IMG/VR virus record: IMGVR_UViG_3300033559_000291
Span: 1-26,957 of that record
Strand: one strand, 5' to 3'
DNA: 26,957 nt
Origin: a virus
Taxonomy: Duplodnaviria > Caudoviricetes
Position 1 is the first letter of the stretch; every line of letters starts with the position of its first letter. The notes beneath the pieces were generated by a model. That model ran no database searches, was not told the DNA's origin, and saw only the letters and a list, made by a program, of their open reading frames with translations. Below, in pieces: positions 1 to 6,637 of the stretch. Made by a program: the position numbers and the translations under genes.

Positions 1-318
1 AAAACAACCGATTCCGCCTACAGGTGGTATCACGATCATTTTGAGGACTTCACAAAGCCAATTCTTGATAAGATAGAAAGCGATTGGAATTATCGGTATG
101 CCTCATTTAAGCAGTTTTGCGACTATGTTCACGGGGAAGATTGCAATGATATTTTGCCAAGGCTAATACGGTTTTATGATGATATTTTACTCAAAAGAGG
201 ACAGATACTCTTTTCAATCGGTCATAATGACGCAAACTTTGAACCTGCCCTTGTCATCCTGTCTATGGAAGGACTATACACTGATTTGGGAATTATGCAA
301 CTCCTGAACGATTTTTGA
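1..318 (+). CDS. Hypothetical protein, 5'-truncated
   Basis: Frame 1 is open from base 1 to TGA at 316-318 (KTTDSAYRWYHDHFEDFTKPILDK...MQLLNDF); not in the ORF track; the other two + frames close early. Confidence 0.6.
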   Translation, partial: KTTDSAYRWYHDHFEDFTKPILDKIESDWNYRYASFKQFCDYVHGEDCNDILPRLIRFYDDILLKRGQILFSIGHNDANFEPALVILSMEGLYTDLGIMQLLNDF

Positions 319-332
319 ATTATATTACTCCT

Positions 333-365
333 GTCATCTTTCTTTTGTTGGATGTGGATTGAAAC
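333..365 (+). repeat. Solitary degenerate type I-C CRISPR-repeat-like sequence (not an array)
   Basis: GTCATCTTTCTTTTGTTGGATGTGGATTGAAAC: 33 nt, starts GTC, ends with the I-C 3' signature GTGGATTGAAAC, keeps the stem base CATCT/GGATG; intergenic. Confidence 0.6.
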
Positions 366-394
366 GGCTACTGCGTGGTTTTCTCCTTGAAGTG

Positions 395-424
395 AAAAGC
401 CTCCTTTTTTAGGGGGCTTTTTTT
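395..424. terminator. Bidirectional intrinsic terminator
   Basis: AAAAGCCTCC-TTTTTTA-GGGGGCTTTTTTT; lies between convergent units and contains the stop codon of the minus-strand gene. Confidence 0.8.
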
Positions 425-957
425 GTTGGGATAAATCCAATATGACAAAAACGGTATTTTTCAGAGTCCCTTTCCTCTCTTTTTTGGTAAATGTACCACC
501 CTGTATCGCTCGAAACACACTGATAAACCATTTCGGTTTTGAGCGGATGAACACCAAAGAACCTCATCAATTCTTTCATCACAAGATTTGCCCGATTAAA
601 GCCCTCTCTGCCTATTCCCAAAGCCTTACTCTGAAAAAGAACATCATGAATGACAAAGGCTATCATACTCTTTTCGTCATCTTTGGAAATAATTATCTCT
701 CCAATATCAGGGATAGAACCCAAGTCAGTAATTGTACCAGACTGTATCCGTATGTCGAGATGCCCGATAGAGCACCAAAACTGAAAGCGGATATGGTCAT
801 CAAAGATGTACCAAGTAGTTTTAGGGCTGTCGATCACATCGAGCGTCGGGATCTCTTTCCCAAGAACAAAAAAGTGGGATATGATGTCGTTTTCAAAAAA
901 TCTGGTATATGGCGTTATTGGCAGTCGCCAGTTGTCCTTCGTAAAGTTTTGTATCAT
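409..957 (-). CDS. DUF1353-like protein
   Basis: Motifs GTITDLGSIP, AFVIHDVLF, RANLVMKELM..GV..MVY fit DUF1353; start moved to ATG at 957 after an AAGGAG RBS. Confidence 0.75.
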   Translation of the reverse strand: MIQNFTKDNWRLPITPYTRFFENDIISHFFVLGKEIPTLDVIDSPKTTWYIFDDHIRFQFWCSIGHLDIRIQSGTITDLGSIPDIGEIIISKDDEKSMIAFVIHDVLFQSKALGIGREGFNRANLVMKELMRFFGVHPLKTEMVYQCVSSDTGWYIYQKREERDSEKYRFCHIGFIPTKKAP

Positions 958-1012
958 GGGGGGTATCTCCTTGTTTATTTTATAGTGTAAAATATAGAAA
1001 GGATGTGCTGAT

Positions 1013-1735
1013 ATGGCAAAGAAAAAGGTTGCACTCATAGTGGGGCACTGCTATTCAGGCGATAAAGGAGCTTGTTCAAGTGTTACCCCTGAACTGTCCG
1101 AATACTCATATAATTCACGGATCACCGCACGGATAAAAGAGCTTCTTGATGCAAAAGGCAAGGTTGAATCGGTTATTATCAGGAGAAAGTCAAAGAGTGA
1201 TGTCAAAGGTGTAAGCTCAAATATGGCTTCATCGGCAATCGAGAGAGCTTCTCTTTTTTCAGAGCAAGATTTGTGCAATGCAGAGAACCCCGATTTCGCT
1301 ATTGCTTTTCATGCGAACGCTGCCGAAAATTCCCTCAATGCCGAAAAGCTCGATGATACCATTCGTTTGGAAAACGGGAACAAAGTCGGAGTTTTTGAAA
1401 AAGTGAAAAGACTCTTTGACACTCCTGATGGGGCTGAAATTCTGATCTATGCTTTCCCCAATGGCAATGACAGCCCAAAAAGCAGAAAGATGGCTGAAAT
1501 ATTGCTGCCTGCTATCTGTAAAACTTTGGGCGTTAAAAAGAGATCAATCGTTTCAATCTCAAAAGTTGGGCAAAGAGGGTATTGGACTTTGAAAAGAATC
1601 ATTGCTCCAGTGGTGCTCCTCGAACCTTTTTTCATATCTGATGTAGAGGACTGCCTTAAAGCTCAAGTCCGTTTTGATGATCTTGCTTTTTGCATTGCAG
1701 AAAATATTGAGAAAATTGCTGAAGAGGTTATATGA
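1013..1735 (+). CDS. N-acetylmuramoyl-L-alanine amidase (Amidase_3), endolysin
   Basis: Zn/catalytic motifs LIVGH..GA, SEYSYN, AIAFHANA, GAEI, VLLEPFFISD; RBS AAGGA. Confidence 0.9.
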   Translation: MAKKKVALIVGHCYSGDKGACSSVTPELSEYSYNSRITARIKELLDAKGKVESVIIRRKSKSDVKGVSSNMASSAIERASLFSEQDLCNAENPDFAIAFHANAAENSLNAEKLDDTIRLENGNKVGVFEKVKRLFDTPDGAEILIYAFPNGNDSPKSRKMAEILLPAICKTLGVKKRSIVSISKVGQRGYWTLKRIIAPVVLLEPFFISDVEDCLKAQVRFDDLAFCIAENIEKIAEEVI

Positions 1736-1938
1736 AAAGATTTCTCGAAGAGTGGAAGTATGTTATCGGGACCAGTTCGGTCTTTCTTGTCTTGGGCTTT
1801 ATGATCGGGAGCTCTTGGCATGAGCAGTATGTCACAAAGATTCTTTTTGACGATGGTTTGGCAACCCGTGACAGTATAACCATGAAATATATTCCGTATT
1901 ACGAAAAACGAATGTCTACCTACAAAGAAAAGGACTAA
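1732..1938 (+). CDS. Small membrane protein (one predicted TM helix), possibly lysis-related
   Basis: ATGA overlap with the amidase, GAGG RBS, hydrophobic stretch VIGTSSVFLVLGFMIG. Confidence 0.65.
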   Translation: MKRFLEEWKYVIGTSSVFLVLGFMIGSSWHEQYVTKILFDDGLATRDSITMKYIPYYEKRMSTYKEKD

Positions 1939-1940
1939 TT

Positions 1941-2129
1941 ATGAAGATCAAGGCGTTTGGCGTAGAGCTGGTGCTCAGTGGCGAAGAGGCTCAGGCTTTT
2001 TTGAAAAGAGAACAATTGGTTGAACAGCTTCTCCTTGCAAATCCCGAAGCTGATGCAAAGCTCGAAGAAAAAAGCAAAATGGTCGCTCGGCAGATGGTTG
2101 ATGGTATTTCAAAACTTTTGGGCAACTAA
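1941..2129 (+). CDS. Hypothetical protein, 62 aa
   Basis: AAGGA RBS, tightly packed, followed by a hairpin. Confidence 0.7.
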   Translation: MKIKAFGVELVLSGEEAQAFLKREQLVEQLLLANPEADAKLEEKSKMVARQMVDGISKLLGN

Positions 2130-2164
2130 AAGAAAAAGCCCCTTTCGGGACTTCTTTATTTTTT
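2128..2164. terminator. Probable bidirectional terminator between convergent genes
   Basis: AAGCCCC-TTTC-GGGACTT (one mismatch) flanked by A and T tracts. Confidence 0.55.
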
Positions 2165-2497
2165 CAATAAAACCGTCTTACTCTGAGGCGGTTTTTGTTT
2201 TTCAGGGGAGATTTTCTTTTTACTGATAGTCTCCTGTAGGGTGTTATCATGTTTTGTCGATGTGTCTTTTGGAGAAAAACCACTATCCTTTTTAGGGATA
2301 ATATCTTCCTGCAGAGATTTTTGGTCAAGGTATCTCTTCATGTTTTGCTGAGAGATACTATCAATTTTTGGTGATATATCCTGTGATTGTGGCACTGGTG
2401 TATATCGGGGGCTTCTCGATGACACCTTTTCATCTTTGGCACAAGCCAGTATCAGCACAAACATTGTCATTAGCATAATAAGTACAAGATTTTTCAT
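2156..2497 (-). CDS. Predicted lipoprotein
   Basis: MKNLVLIMLMTMFVLILA-C: basic N-terminus, hydrophobic core, lipobox ILAC, then a low-complexity S/K/P/Q-rich body. Confidence 0.75.
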   Translation of the reverse strand: MKNLVLIMLMTMFVLILACAKDEKVSSRSPRYTPVPQSQDISPKIDSISQQNMKRYLDQKSLQEDIIPKKDSGFSPKDTSTKHDNTLQETISKKKISPEKQKPPQSKTVLLKK

Positions 2498-2970
2498 TAC
2501 ACAATATCCTTGAGATTTGAAACAGCATCGAGCATGGTGTGAATTGCGTCACGAGTTTTGACACAATCGACGTAGGAAAGAACGAGATCGACCGATTTTA
2601 CATAGGCTTCAAACTTTTCCTTTTTGTAGATGTCTTCAAACTTTTTGTTTTTGGCTTTGGACGATTCAAGCTCTTCTTTCAGCCTTTTGTTTTCAGTCTC
2701 CAAAAGCTCAACACGCTTTTGCACTTCGTCTTCTTCACCATCTGGCAAATGAAGATCAGGAGCACTACTGCCAATCAGGGGGAATTTTACAAGCTCACCA
2801 ATGATTTCTTTTTTCTGATCTTCGGAAAGAGCGTCGAGATTATCGCCAATTGCAGAGATAGCACCAATTACGGTTGGAGCATCTTCTCTGAGTTCGGCTC
2901 TTGTCGCCTCTCTTACTAAAATCCCTGCAACATTTTGCAGTTCTCCAGTTTTGTCAATTTCTGCACCCAT
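2497..2970 (-). CDS. Hypothetical protein with coiled-coil segment
   Basis: AAGGAAG RBS before ATG at 2970; heptad-like VQKRVELLETENKRLKEELE; TAATG coupling to the lipoprotein gene. Confidence 0.75.
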   Translation of the reverse strand: MGAEIDKTGELQNVAGILVREATRAELREDAPTVIGAISAIGDNLDALSEDQKKEIIGELVKFPLIGSSAPDLHLPDGEEDEVQKRVELLETENKRLKEELESSKAKNKKFEDIYKKEKFEAYVKSVDLVLSYVDCVKTRDAIHTMLDAVSNLKDIV

Positions 2971-3007
2971 AGTCACTTCCTTTTATAATAGGGTAATAAG
3001 TACAGGT

Positions 3008-3036
3008 AATATACATATAGTGGTGCAAAATTGCAA
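3008..3036 (-). promoter_or_regulatory. Sigma70-type leftward promoter
   Basis: Minus strand reads TTGCAA-17 bp-TATATT, upstream of the gene starting at 2970. Confidence 0.6.
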
Positions 3037-3059
3037 ATTGGTCAAATATCAATATTCAC

Positions 3060-3107
3060 TAACTATAAAATAACTATTGATTAACTATAAAATAGAATGT
3101 ATATTAT
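3060..3107 (+). promoter_or_regulatory. 48-bp duplicated promoter/operator, copy 1
   Basis: TAACTATAAAATAACTATTGATTAACTATAAAATAGAATGTATATTAT contains TTGATT-17-TATATT; identical to 3406-3453. Confidence 0.8.
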
Positions 3108-3135
3108 CTTAGAACGCAAAACAAGTGAGGGAATT

Positions 3136-3378
3136 ATGAAACAGCCAACGGCTCAGAGCTTTAAAAAATCATGCCTTGAATGGATTCAAACAGTTGACGA
3201 ATCAGCAACAATTGAAGACCTTGATTTCCATGTAGCAACACATTCATATTGGGACACTATTGTCACTGTGTGCTATACTTTGGCGAATGTTAATACCATG
3301 CACGAAACGTACATTCTTCTTGAAGAGTCTTTCAAAAATCAGGTAATATCAGCATACAAAGAAAGCAAATGTATCTGA
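3136..3378 (+). CDS. Hypothetical early protein, 80 aa
   Basis: GAGGG RBS before ATG at 3136; downstream of promoter copy 1. Confidence 0.75.
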   Translation: MKQPTAQSFKKSCLEWIQTVDESATIEDLDFHVATHSYWDTIVTVCYTLANVNTMHETYILLEESFKNQVISAYKESKCI

Positions 3379-3405
3379 TATTTTTGTGATTAAAAAATAG
3401 TTGAT

Positions 3406-3453
3406 TAACTATAAAATAACTATTGATTAACTATAAAATAGAATGTATATTAT
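3406..3453 (+). promoter_or_regulatory. 48-bp duplicated promoter/operator, copy 2
   Basis: Exact copy of 3060-3107; with upstream TTGAT it forms two 22-bp tandem units (3401-3444). Confidence 0.8.
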
Positions 3454-3489
3454 TAGCAAGTTAGAAAACAATAAGCAAAGGAGCTTAGA

Positions 3490-3810
3490 ATGACAGTAGA
3501 AAAAGTAACAGTAGCAAACCTTGATGAGCTTACAAGACTCATCGACGATCAGAATGTATCAATCGTAGCAGTGGACACAAGTTGTGCCTACTCATACGGT
3601 TCCGACAATTCTTCTTTCGGTGGCATTGAGTGTGAAGCAAGATATGAAGAGCTTGCAATTGAGATTGGCTTTGAGGTTGATGAAGACGAACTTGCGGATA
3701 CTCTTTGTGAGTGTGCAAGAGAAGATGTTGAAGATTCAGGCTTTGACATCTACCCAGTTCTCACAAAAAATGATGATGGGAGCTACTCTCTCGATTGGCA
3801 AACAGAATAA
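3490..3810 (+). CDS. Highly acidic small protein (candidate DNA mimic / anti-defence)
   Basis: AAGGAG RBS; 28 D/E versus 5 K/R in 106 aa; the function is inference. Confidence 0.75.
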   Translation: MTVEKVTVANLDELTRLIDDQNVSIVAVDTSCAYSYGSDNSSFGGIECEARYEELAIEIGFEVDEDELADTLCECAREDVEDSGFDIYPVLTKNDDGSYSLDWQTE

Positions 3811-3811
3811 A

Positions 3812-3831
3812 AGGTGGTCGAAAGACCGCCT
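3812..3831 (+). other. GNRA-tetraloop RNA hairpin without a U-tail
   Basis: AGGTGGTC-GAAA-GACCGCCT immediately after the stop codon. Confidence 0.6.
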
Positions 3832-3866
3832 CTCTCCTCCAAAAACTGCAACAAAAGGAAAAGCAA

Positions 3867-4838
3867 ATGAAATATGAAATTGAAGATGTGCAAGCCCTGT
3901 TCTCAGATGAGAATATCATCATCGTGTCACCCATAAAAGTTAAAAGAGTCTCTGTTCAGGGATTCCGATATTACTGCTCAAATGGTGAAATCTATCCATC
4001 AGTAACAACCATTCTTTCAAAAGGTTTACCAACATCAAACTTCCTCATTGACTGGATTGCCAATATGGGAAAAGAAAAAGCTGAAAGCATCAAAGAAGAG
4101 CGGTCTTGCTATGGCACACTCATGCACCAAGTTTATTCAGATTTTCTCATTCTTAGAGAAGCAAACCTTGAAGAAGTGGAATACTTTTGTGAGGACTACG
4201 CAAAAGCGAACGGATACGCTCACCTTGCCAAAAAATGGTCAAACGAAATCAAAAAAGACCTCCTTGCATTTGCTCAATTCTGTTTTGAGTATAATGTCAC
4301 TCCTATTTCGATTGAGTATCCTGTGGTATACAATGACTCTGAAAGTGGTGTTTCGTATGCAGGTATGGTTGATCTCCTTTGTGAGCTTGACTACAGAGAA
4401 AAAGGTTTCTTTGGGGATGTCTATCTTTCAGGTGCTAAAAAAGGCGAACCAAAAGAAACAGCGGTAACGAAAAGAGTGATTGCTCTCATAGACTATAAAA
4501 GCAATCGAACGGGCACTTTCTACGACTCAGCTATTTTCCAGTTGCCGATGTATCAGCTTGCAACAGAGCAAACGCTCAATATCTCCCCTGAAAAGCTGTT
4601 CAACTTCTCCCCAAAAGAGTGGCGAACTGTCCCAGATTACCATTTGAGAGAGCAATCAGAAAAGGTGTCTCTCAAAGAGATTGAGGCAGTCTACACAATT
4701 TTCAGAAGAAATGAACCCGATGACATGAAAATTGTTGATATGGATGGGGTTGTTATATTTGGCTCAGAACCAACAGAGCTTATTGCCGTTTCAAGACTCA
4801 AAGATTCACTTTCAAAAATGATGAATGGGAGGGCATAA
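3867..4838 (+). CDS. PD-(D/E)XK superfamily phage exonuclease
   Basis: YPSVTTILS, GTLMH, IEYPV, YAGMVDLL, IDYKS, QLPMY motifs; start moved to ATG at 3867 after AAGGA. Confidence 0.85.
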   Translation: MKYEIEDVQALFSDENIIIVSPIKVKRVSVQGFRYYCSNGEIYPSVTTILSKGLPTSNFLIDWIANMGKEKAESIKEERSCYGTLMHQVYSDFLILREANLEEVEYFCEDYAKANGYAHLAKKWSNEIKKDLLAFAQFCFEYNVTPISIEYPVVYNDSESGVSYAGMVDLLCELDYREKGFFGDVYLSGAKKGEPKETAVTKRVIALIDYKSNRTGTFYDSAIFQLPMYQLATEQTLNISPEKLFNFSPKEWRTVPDYHLREQSEKVSLKEIEAVYTIFRRNEPDDMKIVDMDGVVIFGSEPTELIAVSRLKDSLSKMMNGRA

Positions 4839-5593
4839 TGTCACGAATTGCAAGAGACTCAAAACAGACCAATCTTCCTATTGTTGGCAAGATCAAAATT
4901 GGAGAAAAGAGAAAAAGCTCATCGGGAAAGATGATACCTGCAAGTCTCGATTACTTTGTAGCAACGGGAAACTATGCAGACCTTTTTGCAAAAGTTTTCG
5001 ATAAACCAAGCTCTATCACCATCATTTTCACCAATGACGACGACTCTTTTTCGTGTGATGAGTATTATGAGTGCAGAGGCAAGAAAGACGGCTCTTTGTA
5101 CGGCAAAGGCGACGGCAAGAGCTATAGCTTCTTTGATGCCCAAAGAAATATCTATCTTCAAAAAACACAGGAAGAAGTCAGATATGAAATGGCATCTCTC
5201 AAGAGCAGAGGCATTGAGCTTGTATGGAAAGCAAGTGTCACCATACGGTTTCTTTTGCCTGACATCAAAGGCTTGCTTGGAGTTTGGGAACTTACCACTC
5301 ACGGTGAGAAGTCAAGCATTAGAGAGCTTGTATCGTCATTTGATAAGGTTAAGGAAATGGCAGGAACTGTTTTAGGAGTGCCGTTTACCCTATCGGTAAA
5401 AAAGGTTAAGTCTCAAAAGCCGGGTTCGTCCTCTTCGTTTCCAGTGGTGTCTCTTGTACCCAATATTTCACGGGAAAATGTAGAGAAGATTCACGGGTTA
5501 ATAGAGGCAGGTGTTTCAGTCGGTCGTCTCGGAATTTTGACTGATGACAAAATAAGTGACATAAAAACCATTGAATATGAGGAGGTGAAATAG
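4838..5593 (+). CDS. Gp3-like (recombination directionality factor-like) protein; probable recombination partner
   Basis: LPIVGKIKIGEK..G..P.SLDYFV N-terminus, LLGVWELTTHG..S, GVPFTLSV; coupled to the nuclease by TAATG. Confidence 0.65.
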   Translation: MSRIARDSKQTNLPIVGKIKIGEKRKSSSGKMIPASLDYFVATGNYADLFAKVFDKPSSITIIFTNDDDSFSCDEYYECRGKKDGSLYGKGDGKSYSFFDAQRNIYLQKTQEEVRYEMASLKSRGIELVWKASVTIRFLLPDIKGLLGVWELTTHGEKSSIRELVSSFDKVKEMAGTVLGVPFTLSVKKVKSQKPGSSSSFPVVSLVPNISRENVEKIHGLIEAGVSVGRLGILTDDKISDIKTIEYEEVK

Positions 5594-5880
5594 TGCCTGC
5601 AAAACAGCAAAACGGTGCTAATCGGATAGCATTCACGGTTACTCTTGAAGATAGAAACTTTCTTATGGGGCTTGGTCTCCATAAGAAAAAAAAGGTTATC
5701 TCAGAGGCTATCAAAATAGCCTCAAGCCTTTCATCATCGGAAAAAAGACGAACAGAACCAACAGGAATGTTCAATACATCGGTTGACGATGAGACTTTTA
5801 TTGCGTTCGGAAATATTCCAAAAGGTAGCCGTAGTGTGCTTATCGGCATGGCTATTAAACAGATCACAGAAAGGATCTAA
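5593..5880 (+). CDS. Small DNA-binding protein, probable tandem ribbon-helix-helix
   Basis: GGAGG RBS and GTG start; two similar units RIAFTVTLED..VISEAIK and MFNTSVDDET..SVLIGMAIK. Confidence 0.55.
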   Translation: MPAKQQNGANRIAFTVTLEDRNFLMGLGLHKKKKVISEAIKIASSLSSSEKRRTEPTGMFNTSVDDETFIAFGNIPKGSRSVLIGMAIKQITERI

Positions 5881-5883
5881 AGA

Positions 5884-6267
5884 ATGATTGAAGAAATCAG
5901 AAACGACCAGAAACAGCAGGGATATGAACCTTGCTTTGCAACAACAAGAATGTTTCAAGAAGAATGGGTTGTCAAAAACTGTATTGAGTGCATCTATAGA
6001 CCTCATTGCTTGAGAGCACTTCATTCAATAATCGTCTCAATCCATGCGGGAACATCGGAGCTTCCTTTTTCAGAAAAAAAGAGAATTATGGATGAGGCAA
6101 GAAATAGCCCTGTTGTTCGTAAAATTACTGCACTTGCAGAATCAGGCGTTCCTATGGCAATTGAAAATATTTCAGTGTATGGTGTTTCAGGTGCAAGAGA
6201 TGGTGAGCAACTCAATAGAAATCTCAAAAAGAAAGGAAAGAAAAATGTCCCCAAAAAAGACCATTGA
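5884..6267 (+). CDS. Hypothetical protein with N-terminal Cys-rich motif
   Basis: AAGGA RBS; IEEIRNDQKQQGYEPCF..CIECIYRPHC. Confidence 0.7.
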   Translation: MIEEIRNDQKQQGYEPCFATTRMFQEEWVVKNCIECIYRPHCLRALHSIIVSIHAGTSELPFSEKKRIMDEARNSPVVRKITALAESGVPMAIENISVYGVSGARDGEQLNRNLKKKGKKNVPKKDH

Positions 6268-6403
6268 CGAAATAAGAGATGAGCAAAAAAAGCAATGTTT
6301 TGAGCCTTGCTTCAATACTGCAAAAGTCTGTACAGACTATGAGAAATGTGGCTATCGGGGGAGTTGTATTTTTCAGGTGACACCAAATAAGTATTTATTC
6401 TAA
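6245..6403 (+). CDS. 52-aa Cys-rich protein, paralogous to the N-terminus of the upstream gene
   Basis: AAGGA RBS before ATG at 6245; IDEIRDEQKKQCFEPCF..C....C.YR..C. Confidence 0.7.
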   Translation: MSPKKTIDEIRDEQKKQCFEPCFNTAKVCTDYEKCGYRGSCIFQVTPNKYLF

Positions 6404-6436
6404 AAAAGAAGCCCCAGTGTACAAGACTGAGGCTTC
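6402..6436 (-). terminator. Intrinsic terminator, minus orientation
   Basis: Minus strand GAAGCCTCAGT-7 nt-ACTGGGGCTTC-TTTTTT. Confidence 0.7.
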
Positions 6437-6475
6437 ACAAGCAACAAATCCAAAAAGCAAAGGAAAGCTTTTGTT

Positions 6476-6607
6476 ATGAGAAAGATAATTAAAAAACTGT
6501 TCGGCAAGGAGAAGAAATTCTACAGCATCGGAAGATATACCACCAGTTGCCCTATTTTGCTTGAGATGTACAGAGATCGAGCAATGAAAGAGTTGAGACA
6601 GTCATAA
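6476..6607 (+). CDS. Hypothetical basic peptide, 43 aa
   Basis: MRKIIKKLFGKEKKFYSIG...; AAGGA upstream; below the ORF-track cutoff. Confidence 0.45.
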   Translation: MRKIIKKLFGKEKKFYSIGRYTTSCPILLEMYRDRAMKELRQS

Positions 6608-6613
6608 AAAGTA

Positions 6614-6637
6614 AGGGGGGCTTAAAGCCTCCCTTTT
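6614..6637. terminator. Hairpin at a convergence point
   Basis: AAGGGGGGCT-TAA-AGCCTCCCTT followed by T's; overlaps the stop of the minus-strand gene. Confidence 0.55.

Noticed and set aside
60-332. Possible further degenerate CRISPR repeats (GATTGGAAT, GATTGCAAT, GTCATCC at 253)
   Set aside because: Irregular spacing, no shared body, and all lie in an open reading frame; no array can be supported
316-390. TGA read-through or an alternative genetic code
   Set aside because: Many genes end in TGA with ATGA overlaps and long genes are intact under code 11
442-990. 182-aa + strand ORF
   Set aside because: Antisense shadow of the DUF1353-like gene, which has the motifs and the RBS
3867-4838. 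Cas4 call for the nuclease
   Set aside because: Lacks the C-terminal three-Cys cluster of the Cas4 Fe-S site and no cas neighbours are present
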